A stretch of DNA of 64,000 bases from Desulfuromonadales bacterium. GTDB lineage: Bacteria > Desulfobacterota > Desulfuromonadia > Desulfuromonadales > SZUA-540. Under the pieces are notes generated by a model, which was not told the DNA's origin, ran no database searches, and saw nothing but the letters and a program-made list of their open reading frames with translations. The stretch covers positions 64,001 to 128,000 of the forward strand of contig JAWSUS010000003.1 of the NCBI GenBank assembly GCA_033549025.1. The letters run 5' to 3'. Made by a program: the position numbers and the translations under genes. Below are positions 1 through 8,661 of the stretch, piece by piece; positions within the stretch are counted from its first letter, which is position 1; every line of letters begins with the position of its first letter.

Positions 1-695
1 TGCTGGAAGCGGCGGACGGCGGTACCCTCTTCCTCGACGAAGTCGGCAACCTGCCGATGAACGTGCAGAAAACCCTGCTTCGGTTTCTGCAGGAGCAGGA
101 ATTTCACCGCATCGGCGATACACGCCCCACCAAAGTGAACGTCCGCATCCTGTCGGCCACCAACGCCGACCTGCTTGCCGACGTTGAAAAGGGCACCTTT
201 CGCGAAGATCTCTACTACCGTCTCAACGTGGTGAATCTCAGGCTCCCGCCCCTGCGGGAGCGCCGTGGCGATATCCCCTTGCTCGTGACCCACTTCATCA
301 AACAGCAGAACGAAAAATTCGGCACCCAGATCAAGGGGCTCTCCAGTGAAGCACTCAACGCGGCCTGCCAGTTTTCCTGGCCTGGCAATATCCGCCAGCT
401 GCGCAACGTACTCGAGGCCTCCATGGCGATAGAAACCGCAGAAGTCATCCAACTTGACACCCTGGCCCAGTTCATCGATACGGGAAAAGAAACAGCAGCG
501 GAGCCAGCCCTTTCTTCGGACAGCGAAAACGACTATTCATCGGCCCTGGCTGATTTCGAAACCCGCTATCTCAAGAGTCTGTTGCAGAAAACAGGCGGCA
601 ACGTCGAAGCCGCCGCCCGCGAAGCCGGTATGAACATGGCCACGATCTATCGAAAACTTAAAAAGTACGAAATCAGCCGGGATGATTTCTCCTGA
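1..695 (+). CDS. sigma54-dependent transcriptional activator (NtrC/Fis-family bEBP), 5' truncated by window edge
   Basis: GGTLFLDEVG Walker B at the window start, FREDLYYRLNV, WPGNIRQLRN, C-terminal Fis-type HTH (GGNVEAAAREAGMNMATIYRKLKKY). Confidence 0.95.
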   Translation, partial: LEAADGGTLFLDEVGNLPMNVQKTLLRFLQEQEFHRIGDTRPTKVNVRILSATNADLLADVEKGTFREDLYYRLNVVNLRLPPLRERRGDIPLLVTHFIKQQNEKFGTQIKGLSSEALNAACQFSWPGNIRQLRNVLEASMAIETAEVIQLDTLAQFIDTGKETAAEPALSSDSENDYSSALADFETRYLKSLLQKTGGNVEAAAREAGMNMATIYRKLKKYEISRDDFS

Positions 696-701
696 TCGCT
701 C

Positions 702-880
702 CTTGCAGTGATGCAAGGGGCTGTCCCAGACCATTTGCACATCTGCAAAAAATTTTTATGGCCCGGACTTTCTTCATAACACCTTGAAATCACACAACAC
801 ACCCCTCTGTCAGGTGAGATTCTCCCCCAAAAGGCCGCCGCGCCCCCGTGACCTCCTGTCCTTTTTTGCACATTCGCAAA
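702..880 (+). promoter_or_regulatory. three palindromic candidate enhancer (UAS) sites, TTGCA-N4-(T/C)GCAA
   Basis: CTTGCAGTGATGCAAG 702-717, TTTGCACATCTGCAAA 734-749 and TTTGCACATTCGCAAA 865-880, all upstream of a sigma54 promoter. Confidence 0.7.
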
Positions 881-969
881 AAACAAGCATCCTTACCACC
901 AAAACTTGGCCTCACACAACACCCTGTTTTTAAATATCTTTTTCGCTTTCCGGCTTTTTAAACAAGCGT

Positions 970-985
970 TGGTACGCCCTTTGCT
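970..985 (+). promoter_or_regulatory. sigma54 (-24/-12) promoter of the satP-like gene
   Basis: TGGTACGCCCTTTGCT has GG-N10-GC and closely matches TGGCACG-N4-TTGCW; AT-rich tract at about 926-962 upstream. Confidence 0.85.
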
Positions 986-1145
986 CTAGTAAATGATCAG
1001 TTGCTTCCGACGGTGCGTGGTGAGGCTTCGACCCGTTGAGGGACGGATCGAAACTCCCCCGCACCCGCTTTTCACCTCGAAAGACAGGCCACCGCCTCTG
1101 AGGCTGCCATCCTGTTGACCTGAAACCCCGGAGAGAGTTTCTGCC

Positions 1146-1724
1146 ATGATAAACAAATCCACGGTTTCAATCCTTCCCCTGTCCTCCGTCACTGTCAATT
1201 CCGCCCCTCTGGGCCTTTTGGGCCTGGGGCTTACTGCCCTGCTCTTCGGCGTACATCTCACAGGGCTCTTTACTGTAAACAGCCAAGTTCTGGCGACCTG
1301 CATGTTTTACGGCGGCGCCGGACAGATTCTCGTTGGCATCATGGAGTGGCGCCGGCAGCACACCTTCTGCGCCGTGACCTGCACAGCCTTCGGTCTCTTC
1401 TGGATTTCCCTGATCGCCCTGATCATCCTGCCTGAAGGCCATTCGGGGGCAGCCCCCCAAACCACCGAACTCGTCTCCTATCTCGCCATGTGGGGTCTTT
1501 TCTCTTTTATATTCCTGATCAACGCCCAGGTTCCGCTCCCACTCAAGCTGGTCTTTGCCGGCATATCCGGCATGATCCTGACCCTGGCCGCGGCAATCTC
1601 CCTGGCCAGTCCGGCTCTGCAGATTCTCGCCGGCTCTTTCGGACTGCTGGCCGCCGTCATGGCCCTGTATGCCGCCATGACACCCCCTTTGCGCCAGTTT
1701 TTCGCCAGCACCTCAAAGAGCTGA
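1146..1724 (+). CDS. satP: GPR1/FUN34/YaaH (SatP) family acetate/succinate channel, divergent
   Basis: NSAPLGLLGLG (variant of NPAPLGL), FYGGAGQILVG, about 6 hydrophobic helices. Confidence 0.8.
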   Translation: MINKSTVSILPLSSVTVNSAPLGLLGLGLTALLFGVHLTGLFTVNSQVLATCMFYGGAGQILVGIMEWRRQHTFCAVTCTAFGLFWISLIALIILPEGHSGAAPQTTELVSYLAMWGLFSFIFLINAQVPLPLKLVFAGISGMILTLAAAISLASPALQILAGSFGLLAAVMALYAAMTPPLRQFFASTSKS

Positions 1725-1948
1725 TTTTTTTCACGAGCCCCAAAACCCCGCTTACGGGCTGAGCCCCACACGGCTGTATTTTGTTCCCACATTCAGCATT
1801 CCCTTGACAACCCGCCCTGCCGACGGTTAATTTAAAATATCGTTTTAAAGCTGTCGCCATGGCTAAATCCGCCATGACCGCACCGTGATTCCCAGCACGT
1901 CCGTCCGAAGGATTCTCCCTTGGGAGGGACGCTACCCCAGGAGACCTT

Positions 1949-2329
1949 GTGAACGCCCGACTGAGCCAACATCTAACCCTGCTCGGCCTGTGCTCCATGA
2001 TCTTTTACGGTGTCATGCTCGGTACCGGCAAGCTCTCCATTGAGGTCATGCCTCATTTTGTCATTTCCGCGGTTATTTTCCTCACCTCCGGCCGCCTCAT
2101 GCGCAAAGCTGCACGCAGCCAGGAGGAACTGGACAAAGAGGAAGAAAAACGCCAAAAGCAGGCGGAAGTGGACTGGGAATGGTTTACGGCCATGTTCAAC
2201 TGGACCATGGCTCTCATCGTCATGGGCACTCTCACCATCTTCCTGATGAAACCCCTGGGGTCCTCCTTTGTAGAAGCGCTCAAAAGCGTCACGCCCCACG
2301 CGCATTACGTCGACACCACTGTCCCCTGA
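1949..2329 (+). CDS. hypothetical membrane protein (about 3 TM segments, charged loop)
   Basis: AGGAG RBS before the GTG start; coding-like codon usage; hydrophobic segments flank a charged coil. Confidence 0.65.
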   Translation: MNARLSQHLTLLGLCSMIFYGVMLGTGKLSIEVMPHFVISAVIFLTSGRLMRKAARSQEELDKEEEKRQKQAEVDWEWFTAMFNWTMALIVMGTLTIFLMKPLGSSFVEALKSVTPHAHYVDTTVP

Positions 2330-2517
2330 TTCAGACTGAAGGACGGTTCCGCCCCCTTCCCTTGTTAAAGTCCCCACCCTCAGGAATTTCCTGAGTTCCC
2401 TCACCCGCCCGTTTGTGCTAGGGTTCTTTTTAGTCACGCCAAGATCAAGGATTAATGCCTGAAGCCATGGTAATATTTGGCTTTTTCTAATCTCTCGCCA
2501 CCAGAAGAGATACTCTT

Positions 2518-3684
2518 ATGCCCTCAGACCAAAAACCCGACAAGACCCCAAGTCAGCAGATTGCTCAGATGCGGGCGGAGATTGCGCAGCTTCGGCAAGA
2601 GTTGAGCGAGAGCCAGACGGCCTATTCCAGGCTGGCCGCGCAGGAGGCCCGTTACCGCTCGCTGATGGAATTGGCGGCCGACGCCATTTTTCTCGGAGAC
2701 ACTCAGGGCAACATCACGGCAGCCAACGCCAGCGCCTTGACACTGACGGGATACGGGCAGGACGAGCTCATCGGCAGGAATATCTCCTGCCTTTTTTCAG
2801 ACGAAGAACGAACGACAAAACCTCTGCGTTATGACCTGCTCAAAGCCGGCAAGGTACTGCTGACCGAACGAAGTCTGACCAGAAAAGACGGCTCCACGGT
2901 CGCCGTCGCCATGAACAGCAAAATGATGCCTGACGGAACCTACCACACGGCCATGCGCGACATCAGCTACGCAAAACGCCTTGAAGAAGAGATGAACACC
3001 GCGCACAGGGAGCTGGAGAGATTTGTCTATACTATCTCCCACGATCTGCGCACACCGCTGGCGGCCATCATCGGGTTTGCCGAATTTCTGCAGAACGAGC
3101 CTGAAAAGCAATGGAATGAACAGACGGAAGATATTCTCGGCGAGATTGAAAAAGCAGGCACAAAGATGCTGAAGCTTTTGGAAGACCTGCTCTGCCTGGC
3201 CACCGCAGGGCGTCTCGAACGCCCGCAATCTCCGGTCGCCGCGACAGAGGTGGTAGGCTCTGTTCTGGCCGAGTTGAAAAGCCGCCTGAACCATGCCGGC
3301 ATCCAGGTTTCTGTCGGCCCACTCCCTTCCCTGCATGTCCCCGAAACTTTTCTCACCCAGGTTTTCAGCAATCTGATCGGCAACGCTCTGCGCTACGCGA
3401 GTGGGGCAAACAACTGTGTCACCATAGGCGGGGAGAAAAAGGGGAGCCGAGTCCGGTTTTTTGTACGGGACCAGGGCAGGGGAATTTCAAAAATGGAGCG
3501 TGACAGAATTTTCGAGGTTTTTTTTCGGGGTGAAAACACCCAAAAGAGCGAAGGTTCCGGCCTGGGCCTCGCCATCGTACAGAAAGTCGCTCAGGCTTAC
3601 GGCGGCAAAGCCTGGCTCGAGGATACGCCGGGCGGCGGCTGTACCTTCTGGGTCGAAATGGAGGATGTCCCGCCCACCGTCTGA
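2518..3684 (+). CDS. cytoplasmic PAS-domain sensor histidine kinase (orphan)
   Basis: N-terminal coiled coil, PAS domain, H-box SHDLRTPL, N-box NLIGNALRY, D/G boxes DQGRG and GSGLGL. Confidence 0.92.
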   Translation: MPSDQKPDKTPSQQIAQMRAEIAQLRQELSESQTAYSRLAAQEARYRSLMELAADAIFLGDTQGNITAANASALTLTGYGQDELIGRNISCLFSDEERTTKPLRYDLLKAGKVLLTERSLTRKDGSTVAVAMNSKMMPDGTYHTAMRDISYAKRLEEEMNTAHRELERFVYTISHDLRTPLAAIIGFAEFLQNEPEKQWNEQTEDILGEIEKAGTKMLKLLEDLLCLATAGRLERPQSPVAATEVVGSVLAELKSRLNHAGIQVSVGPLPSLHVPETFLTQVFSNLIGNALRYASGANNCVTIGGEKKGSRVRFFVRDQGRGISKMERDRIFEVFFRGENTQKSEGSGLGLAIVQKVAQAYGGKAWLEDTPGGGCTFWVEMEDVPPTV

Positions 3685-3705
3685 CCTTTTAAAAGCGCTG
3701 GCTTT

Positions 3706-5028
3706 TCAGCTCAGGCCGTCGCGGCTACCGGACCTTTTCCAGAACAGGGGAGAAACCAGATACGACACGGCGGCGATCATGCAAACCACCAGGGCAGCGG
3801 TATAGTGATCGCGGCGTACCCCCAGGGCGAGAAGAAACAGAAACACCCCCAGAAAAAGCACCTTGGCGATTTTGGGAATTTTAGGCAACACCGTTCGGCC
3901 GAAGTGGGGATAAGGCACCCGTGAGACCATCAGCAAAGAGGTCGCCACTACGATAAGGGCCGACACCAGATCACTGGGAATCAGCACACAGGTCGTCCCC
4001 GCCAGCAAAGCGCCGGCCGGAGAGGGCATGCCCGCAAAAGTTCCCACCCCACCGGCGATCCCGGCCTTTCTTTTCTCCACCACAAAACGCACCAGACGGT
4101 AAACCACAGCGCCAACATAGATGACTCCGATCAGAGCCCCAATCCACAGCTTCGCAAAAGAAGCCATAACAATAAGTCCGACGGTAAGACCGAAACTCGT
4201 GCCATCGGCCACATCGTCAAAAAGCTCACCCTGTGGGGTCGACCCCCAGCGCTCCGCCGCTCTGCCGTCAAAAAGATCGAGAAACTGCCCGAGAAAAACC
4301 AGCCCCAGAGCATAGACGGCCGGGTGCCCGGCGAGGATCACCCAGCACCCGGCCAGACCGCACACCAGGTTGAGGATACTGAGGATATTGGCATACCAGT
4401 AGTTGGGAATGAGCTTGAAAAAGGTGGAACAAAAAGCCAGGGCGGCGACCATACCCATCAGCGGCTGGATGGATCGCCCCAAAAGTGGCAAGGGCCCGTA
4501 GATCCACTCCAGGCCGACGACGATCAACAAAACCACGACCAGAAAGGTCTTGGCCTTGCCAAAGAGGTTGGCCGCCTTGACCTTGATAAAATAGCGGGAG
4601 AGCTGGCCGGCAATATCGAAGGTCAGAAAGAAGCCAACGAGATAGGGATTGAGCCAGCCCCGCCAGGAGAGATAAACCAGCATGGGCGTGTACATGAGCT
4701 TGTCGGAAAAAGGATCAATTGTCTCCCCTTCTTCCGTGTGAAGGTCGCACTTGCGGGCAATATCGCCATCGGTGATGTCGGTAATCATCCAGAAGGTGAA
4801 GAAAAGAAAACTCAACTTCGGGTAGCCCATATGCAGAAAGGCGGCGGAAACAAAGCCCATGGGATAGCGGGCGCGGCTGATGGAATTGGGGTGGAGCCAG
4901 GCGTGCCGGCGCACCCAGGCCACCTGGGCAGGGGTTCGCAGAAAATACGTAACGGCAAAGCGCTCGGCCCCCAGCATCAGCAGGACCGGAAGGGCAATTT
5001 CAACGAGAATGGAAGTATATACGTTCAT
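3706..5028 (-). CDS. tandem double-domain CDP-alcohol phosphatidyltransferase (PgsA/Cls-like plus PssA-like)
   Basis: two DxxDGxxAx...GxxxDxxxD motifs (DITDGDIAR...GETIDPFSD; DLFDGRAAE...GELFDDVAD); PssA-like FAGMPSP and LMVSRVPY. Confidence 0.85.
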   Translation of the reverse strand: MNVYTSILVEIALPVLLMLGAERFAVTYFLRTPAQVAWVRRHAWLHPNSISRARYPMGFVSAAFLHMGYPKLSFLFFTFWMITDITDGDIARKCDLHTEEGETIDPFSDKLMYTPMLVYLSWRGWLNPYLVGFFLTFDIAGQLSRYFIKVKAANLFGKAKTFLVVVLLIVVGLEWIYGPLPLLGRSIQPLMGMVAALAFCSTFFKLIPNYWYANILSILNLVCGLAGCWVILAGHPAVYALGLVFLGQFLDLFDGRAAERWGSTPQGELFDDVADGTSFGLTVGLIVMASFAKLWIGALIGVIYVGAVVYRLVRFVVEKRKAGIAGGVGTFAGMPSPAGALLAGTTCVLIPSDLVSALIVVATSLLMVSRVPYPHFGRTVLPKIPKIAKVLFLGVFLFLLALGVRRDHYTAALVVCMIAAVSYLVSPLFWKRSGSRDGLS

Positions 5029-5191
5029 GGCATCCTGCTTTGGATGAGAGTGAAAACAACCGCCGACATGCGGCGCAGGGCAAAAATCCTACGCCCCCTC
5101 TTATCCCACCCGGTCCTTTCGCTGTCAACCCGAAAAAAGGACGCCGGGGTTTCCCATCGACACAGCGCCATGGTGCAATCTACGGGTGAAA

Positions 5192-5232
5192 AGCACAAAA
5201 AACCCCGCCAAATAGGCGGGGCTTTTTGTGCT
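5192..5232 (-). terminator. intrinsic terminator of the OFA transporter (bidirectional-looking)
   Basis: AGCACAAAAAACCCCGCC-AAATA-GGCGGGGCTTTTTGTGCT. Confidence 0.85.
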
Positions 5233-5251
5233 CGCGAAGCAAACTCTGAAC

Positions 5252-6874
5252 TTACTTGGAAGCTTCCTGATAGGCCAGTTCCTCTTCCTCGACGCCAACA
5301 GTTGCCGGCACTTCGACGGCCACTTCGGCCTTTTTGGGGCGAAGCGACAGGGACATCATGGCGCCAACCAGCAGCATGACACCGGCCACCATGAAGGAGG
5401 TGGTGAAGCCGCCGAACTTGGCATTGAGAGCCGCCGACAGTTTGACCAGAACGAAGGCCCCGATACCCCAGGCGGAGAACAGGATACCGTAGTTCATGCC
5501 GTAGTTTTTAAAGCCCCAGTAATCCTTGGCGAAGGAGGGGAAGAGGGACAGGTTGGTGCCGTAGTTAAAGCCGATGAAGGTGGCCAGCAGGGTGACGATA
5601 ACGGCGCTCGAATTGGTGTTGCCCACGACCGAAATGGCACCGAACATGAGGATGGCCTGGAAGACCAGCATGATGGTCAGGGTGGTGGCCCGGCCGATTT
5701 TGTCGGAAAGGACACCGGCCACAACGCGACCGGCAGCGTTACCCACGGCCATGACGGCCACGGCGATAAAGGCCATCTCGCCCATGCTCTGCTTGGCGAT
5801 ACCGGCGATGCTGCCGATGACCATCAGGCCGGCGCCGGCACCGATGAAGTAGGTCAGCCACAGGGTGTAGAAGCGGCCTTCACGCAGCATTTCGCCAGGT
5901 GTCTTCTCCACCGCGGAACTTTTCTTGGCGGCGGCGGGGGCAGAACCGGCCGGGACATAACCTGCGGGCGGGTTGGCGACCAGCAGGGCCATGCCGCAAA
6001 CGATGACGATGAAAGCGATGCCGAGGATCATCATGGTGCTGTGCAGACCATAGCTGCCCAACAGGTACTTGCTCAGCGGTGCCAGGTAGACCGGGGCGAT
6101 ACCGAAACCGGAGACGACGATACCGGCGATCAGGCCCGTTTTGGCCGAAGAGAACCATTTGAGAGCGGGGGGCGTGGCGGCCGAGTATCCGAAACCGAAA
6201 CCGAGGCCGGACAGCACGCCAAAACCGAAAATCCAACCCCAATAGCTGGAAGTCTGGGAACAGACGAGAAAGCCGGCGCCGACCAGAAGGCCACCGACAA
6301 TAGCGGTCATGCGGGGACCGACCTTGTCCTGCATCTTGCCGCCGATAATCATGGACAGGGCAAAGGCCAGGCAGGCGGTCGCATAGGGGTCGCCGGCGCC
6401 ATCAAACAGCTTGGCGATGTCTCCCTTGAGCATGCTGTACGCATAAAGAATACCCAGAGCCAGGTTTATTCCGGTCCCGGCCAAAACAACGGTCCAACCT
6501 CTACTGCTCGACTGTTCAGACATTTTTCTCTCCTCTGTCATGGGTGAAATATAGGCTTCGTGATAATGAGCCGTGACGTATCGCAACTGAAAAGACAAGG
6601 GCCAACGAGATTTAAAGGGGATATTGATGGGGGCCTCTTTCCGACCCGCCGTCGCCGCACTAACCTGTGGGGTCATGGCCGCGAGACCGGGCCGGGGCAT
6701 TTCTGACTGCGGTTCCGGCAGGGAACCAACGCGCTCGGCGAGTTCCTGATATTTGGCGCACTCCCTGAACCGGCAGTTACAGAACGCGACGATGGTTTTC
6801 ACATCGTGCGGCGAAATGTAACCGCAACCCACATCGCAATAATCTTCGTTCTGGCGGAAATAGGGACAAACCAT
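5252..6874 (-). CDS. oxalate:formate antiporter (OFA)-family MFS transporter; core from ATG 6523 (423 aa), in-frame Cys-rich extension from ATG 6874 (540 aa)
   Basis: GKMQDKVGPR and GVLSDKIGR MFS motif A, KWF..KTGLIAG, DYWGFKNYGMNYG typical of OFA; SD-like GGAG before both ATGs. Confidence 0.88.
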   Translation of the reverse strand: MVCPYFRQNEDYCDVGCGYISPHDVKTIVAFCNCRFRECAKYQELAERVGSLPEPQSEMPRPGLAAMTPQVSAATAGRKEAPINIPFKSRWPLSFQLRYVTAHYHEAYISPMTEERKMSEQSSSRGWTVVLAGTGINLALGILYAYSMLKGDIAKLFDGAGDPYATACLAFALSMIIGGKMQDKVGPRMTAIVGGLLVGAGFLVCSQTSSYWGWIFGFGVLSGLGFGFGYSAATPPALKWFSSAKTGLIAGIVVSGFGIAPVYLAPLSKYLLGSYGLHSTMMILGIAFIVIVCGMALLVANPPAGYVPAGSAPAAAKKSSAVEKTPGEMLREGRFYTLWLTYFIGAGAGLMVIGSIAGIAKQSMGEMAFIAVAVMAVGNAAGRVVAGVLSDKIGRATTLTIMLVFQAILMFGAISVVGNTNSSAVIVTLLATFIGFNYGTNLSLFPSFAKDYWGFKNYGMNYGILFSAWGIGAFVLVKLSAALNAKFGGFTTSFMVAGVMLLVGAMMSLSLRPKKAEVAVEVPATVGVEEEELAYQEASK

Positions 6875-6941
6875 CGTGAACCTGCTCCAATAGGAGGTTG
6901 TCAGTTCGGGCCAATCGGTGGCCGTGTTGTATACCTCATAG

Positions 6942-6957
6942 AGCAACCGCCATACCA
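6942..6957 (-). promoter_or_regulatory. sigma54 (-24/-12) promoter of the Cys-domain/OFA gene
   Basis: minus strand TGGTATGGCGGTTGCT, GG-N10-GC; AT-rich tract at about 6960-7020 upstream. Confidence 0.8.
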
Positions 6958-7056
6958 ATGTTTGATTTTTACTCAATAAAAATATTTTTCTTATTATTTC
7001 CAAATACTTACAATTATCAAACCGTGACAGTTCAAGCCCCGCTCTATCCCGGAAAA

Positions 7057-7221
7057 TTTGCACGAATGCAAAAGGCCGGGCGGCGACCGAGACGTGATGG
7101 ATCGCTGTGAAATGTGCATCAAATCGGTGCCACAAGGGGGCTGAGGAGAAATCGGTGTCAGCCAAATCGGCTTTTCGCGACTCCGCAATCAGCCGCATCC
7201 GGCCTTTTGCAGTTTTGCAAA
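7057..7221 (-). promoter_or_regulatory. three candidate enhancer (UAS) sites matching those at 702-880
   Basis: TTTGCACGAATGCAAA 7057-7072, degenerate TTCGCGACTCCGCAAT 7174-7189, TTTGCAGTTTTGCAAA 7206-7221. Confidence 0.7.
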
Positions 7222-7279
7222 AAAAATCGACGTAAGCCGGGAGTCACAGGAGGGGGAAAGGGATCGAGGGAGGCTGAAC

Positions 7280-7310
7280 AAAAACGCCACCCCCAACGGA
7301 GGTGGCGTTT
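7280..7310 (-). terminator. intrinsic terminator of efpL
   Basis: AAACGCCACC..GGTGGCGTTT stem followed by a U-tract on the minus strand. Confidence 0.8.
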
Positions 7311-7334
7311 AAAAGAACCTGTTGGCAGGAAAAA

Positions 7335-7898
7335 TCAGGCGCGAGAGACGAAACGCCCTTCGCGGGTGTCCACCTTGACGCGCTCGCCGGCTTCGAGGTA
7401 ACCGGGAACCTGGATGTGCATGCCCGTCTCAAGCACCGCATCCTTGGTCTGGGCCGTAGCCGTGGCGTTCTTGATCGCCGGGGCGGTTTCGGTGACCAGC
7501 AGTTCGACGATCATGGGGGGATCGACGCTCACGACCCGCCCTTCAAAGACACCGAGCTGCACGTCGGCGCCCTCCAGCAGAAAACCCTTGATCGGCTCAA
7601 AGAGTTCTTCATCCAACTCGTACTGCTCGTAGTTTTCCAGGTCCATAAAGACGCCGCCATCCCCGGAAGGATAGAGAAATTGCCCTTTGCGCCGTTCAAA
7701 ATCGGCTTCATCGGCCTTGTCTCCCGCCTTGAAGGTCTTTTCCAGCACCTGGCCAGTAAGCAGATTGCGATACTTGGTTTTGACCAGGGTATTGCCGCCG
7801 CGGGCGGAAGGCGATTGGGTGGTCAGATCCAGAATAAGACAGGGGGCGTTATCCAGCTGAATAACGAGGCCCCGTTTGAAATCGGCAGTGGTGATCAT
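7335..7898 (-). CDS. efpL: elongation factor P-like protein EfpL (YeiP)
   Basis: EF-P fold, 187 aa; loop QSPSARGG with R33 (E. coli EfpL SPTARG) instead of PGKG; AAGGAG RBS. Confidence 0.88.
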   Translation of the reverse strand: MITTADFKRGLVIQLDNAPCLILDLTTQSPSARGGNTLVKTKYRNLLTGQVLEKTFKAGDKADEADFERRKGQFLYPSGDGGVFMDLENYEQYELDEELFEPIKGFLLEGADVQLGVFEGRVVSVDPPMIVELLVTETAPAIKNATATAQTKDAVLETGMHIQVPGYLEAGERVKVDTREGRFVSRA

Positions 7899-8091
7899 GA
7901 TTGACTCCTTCACGGAAAATTGAGTGCGACGGCAGAATGTATCACAGAGGCTTCCCAAAAAACAATCGGGCCGCTCAGGAAATTTTCAGTGACAAAACAG
8001 GCACTCCTGTGATTAAATGCGCAATTTCCGAGGCATGATATTCGCACCTGTTTCCACATAAAAAAAATATATACGCGAAGGAGAACGTTCC

Positions 8092-8655
8092 ATGTACACC
8101 TGTGCCGACCTTAAAAAAGGCCTCAAGCTGATGATTGACGGCGAACCTTACGTGATCGTCCAATTTGACTTCACCAAGCCCGGCAAGGGGCAGGCCCTTT
8201 ACAAGTGCAAACTGCGCAACATGATCACCGGCTCCCTCTTCGACCGCACCTACCGCTCCGGTGAGAGCTTCGAGCCCGCCGCCCTGGAAGACCGCGACAT
8301 GCAGTACCTTTACCAGGACGAAGAAGGCTACGTCTTCATGGACAACAAGAGCTTCGAACAGGTTACCCTGACCGAAGAAACCCTGGGCGACGACAAGTAC
8401 TTCCTCAAAGACAACATGGAAGTGAAGATCCTTCTGTATAACGGCCGCGGCATCGGCATCACCCTGCCGAATTTTGTCAACCTGCGCGTTACCCAGGCCG
8501 ACCCCTGGGTCAAGGGGGATACCGCTGCCGGCAACAACAAACCCGCCACGGTCGAAAGCGGCTACAACCTGGCGGTCCCCTCCTTTGTCGAGGAAGGGGA
8601 TCTCATTCAGATCGACACCCGCACCGGCGACTACGTCACCCGCGTCAAGGAATAA
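8092..8655 (+). CDS. efp: elongation factor P (lysine type)
   Basis: KPGKGQA loop (K32), YLY, KGDTA, KPAT, IDTRTG. Confidence 0.97.
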   Translation: MYTCADLKKGLKLMIDGEPYVIVQFDFTKPGKGQALYKCKLRNMITGSLFDRTYRSGESFEPAALEDRDMQYLYQDEEGYVFMDNKSFEQVTLTEETLGDDKYFLKDNMEVKILLYNGRGIGITLPNFVNLRVTQADPWVKGDTAAGNNKPATVESGYNLAVPSFVEEGDLIQIDTRTGDYVTRVKE

Positions 8656-8661
8656 ATCAGG

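Noticed and set aside
5228..6547. Long antisense ORFs (also 4324-5379, 12672-14093, 16534-17721, 24457-25866, 29398-30873, 46461-47642, 58615-60405)
   Set aside because: Shadow frames opposite well-supported genes, expected with high GC3; no recognisable motifs
6875..7198. N-terminal 108 aa of the 648-aa ORF 5252..7198
   Set aside because: It runs through the sigma54 promoter, the AT-rich tract and the enhancer sites; plausible starts are 6874 and 6523
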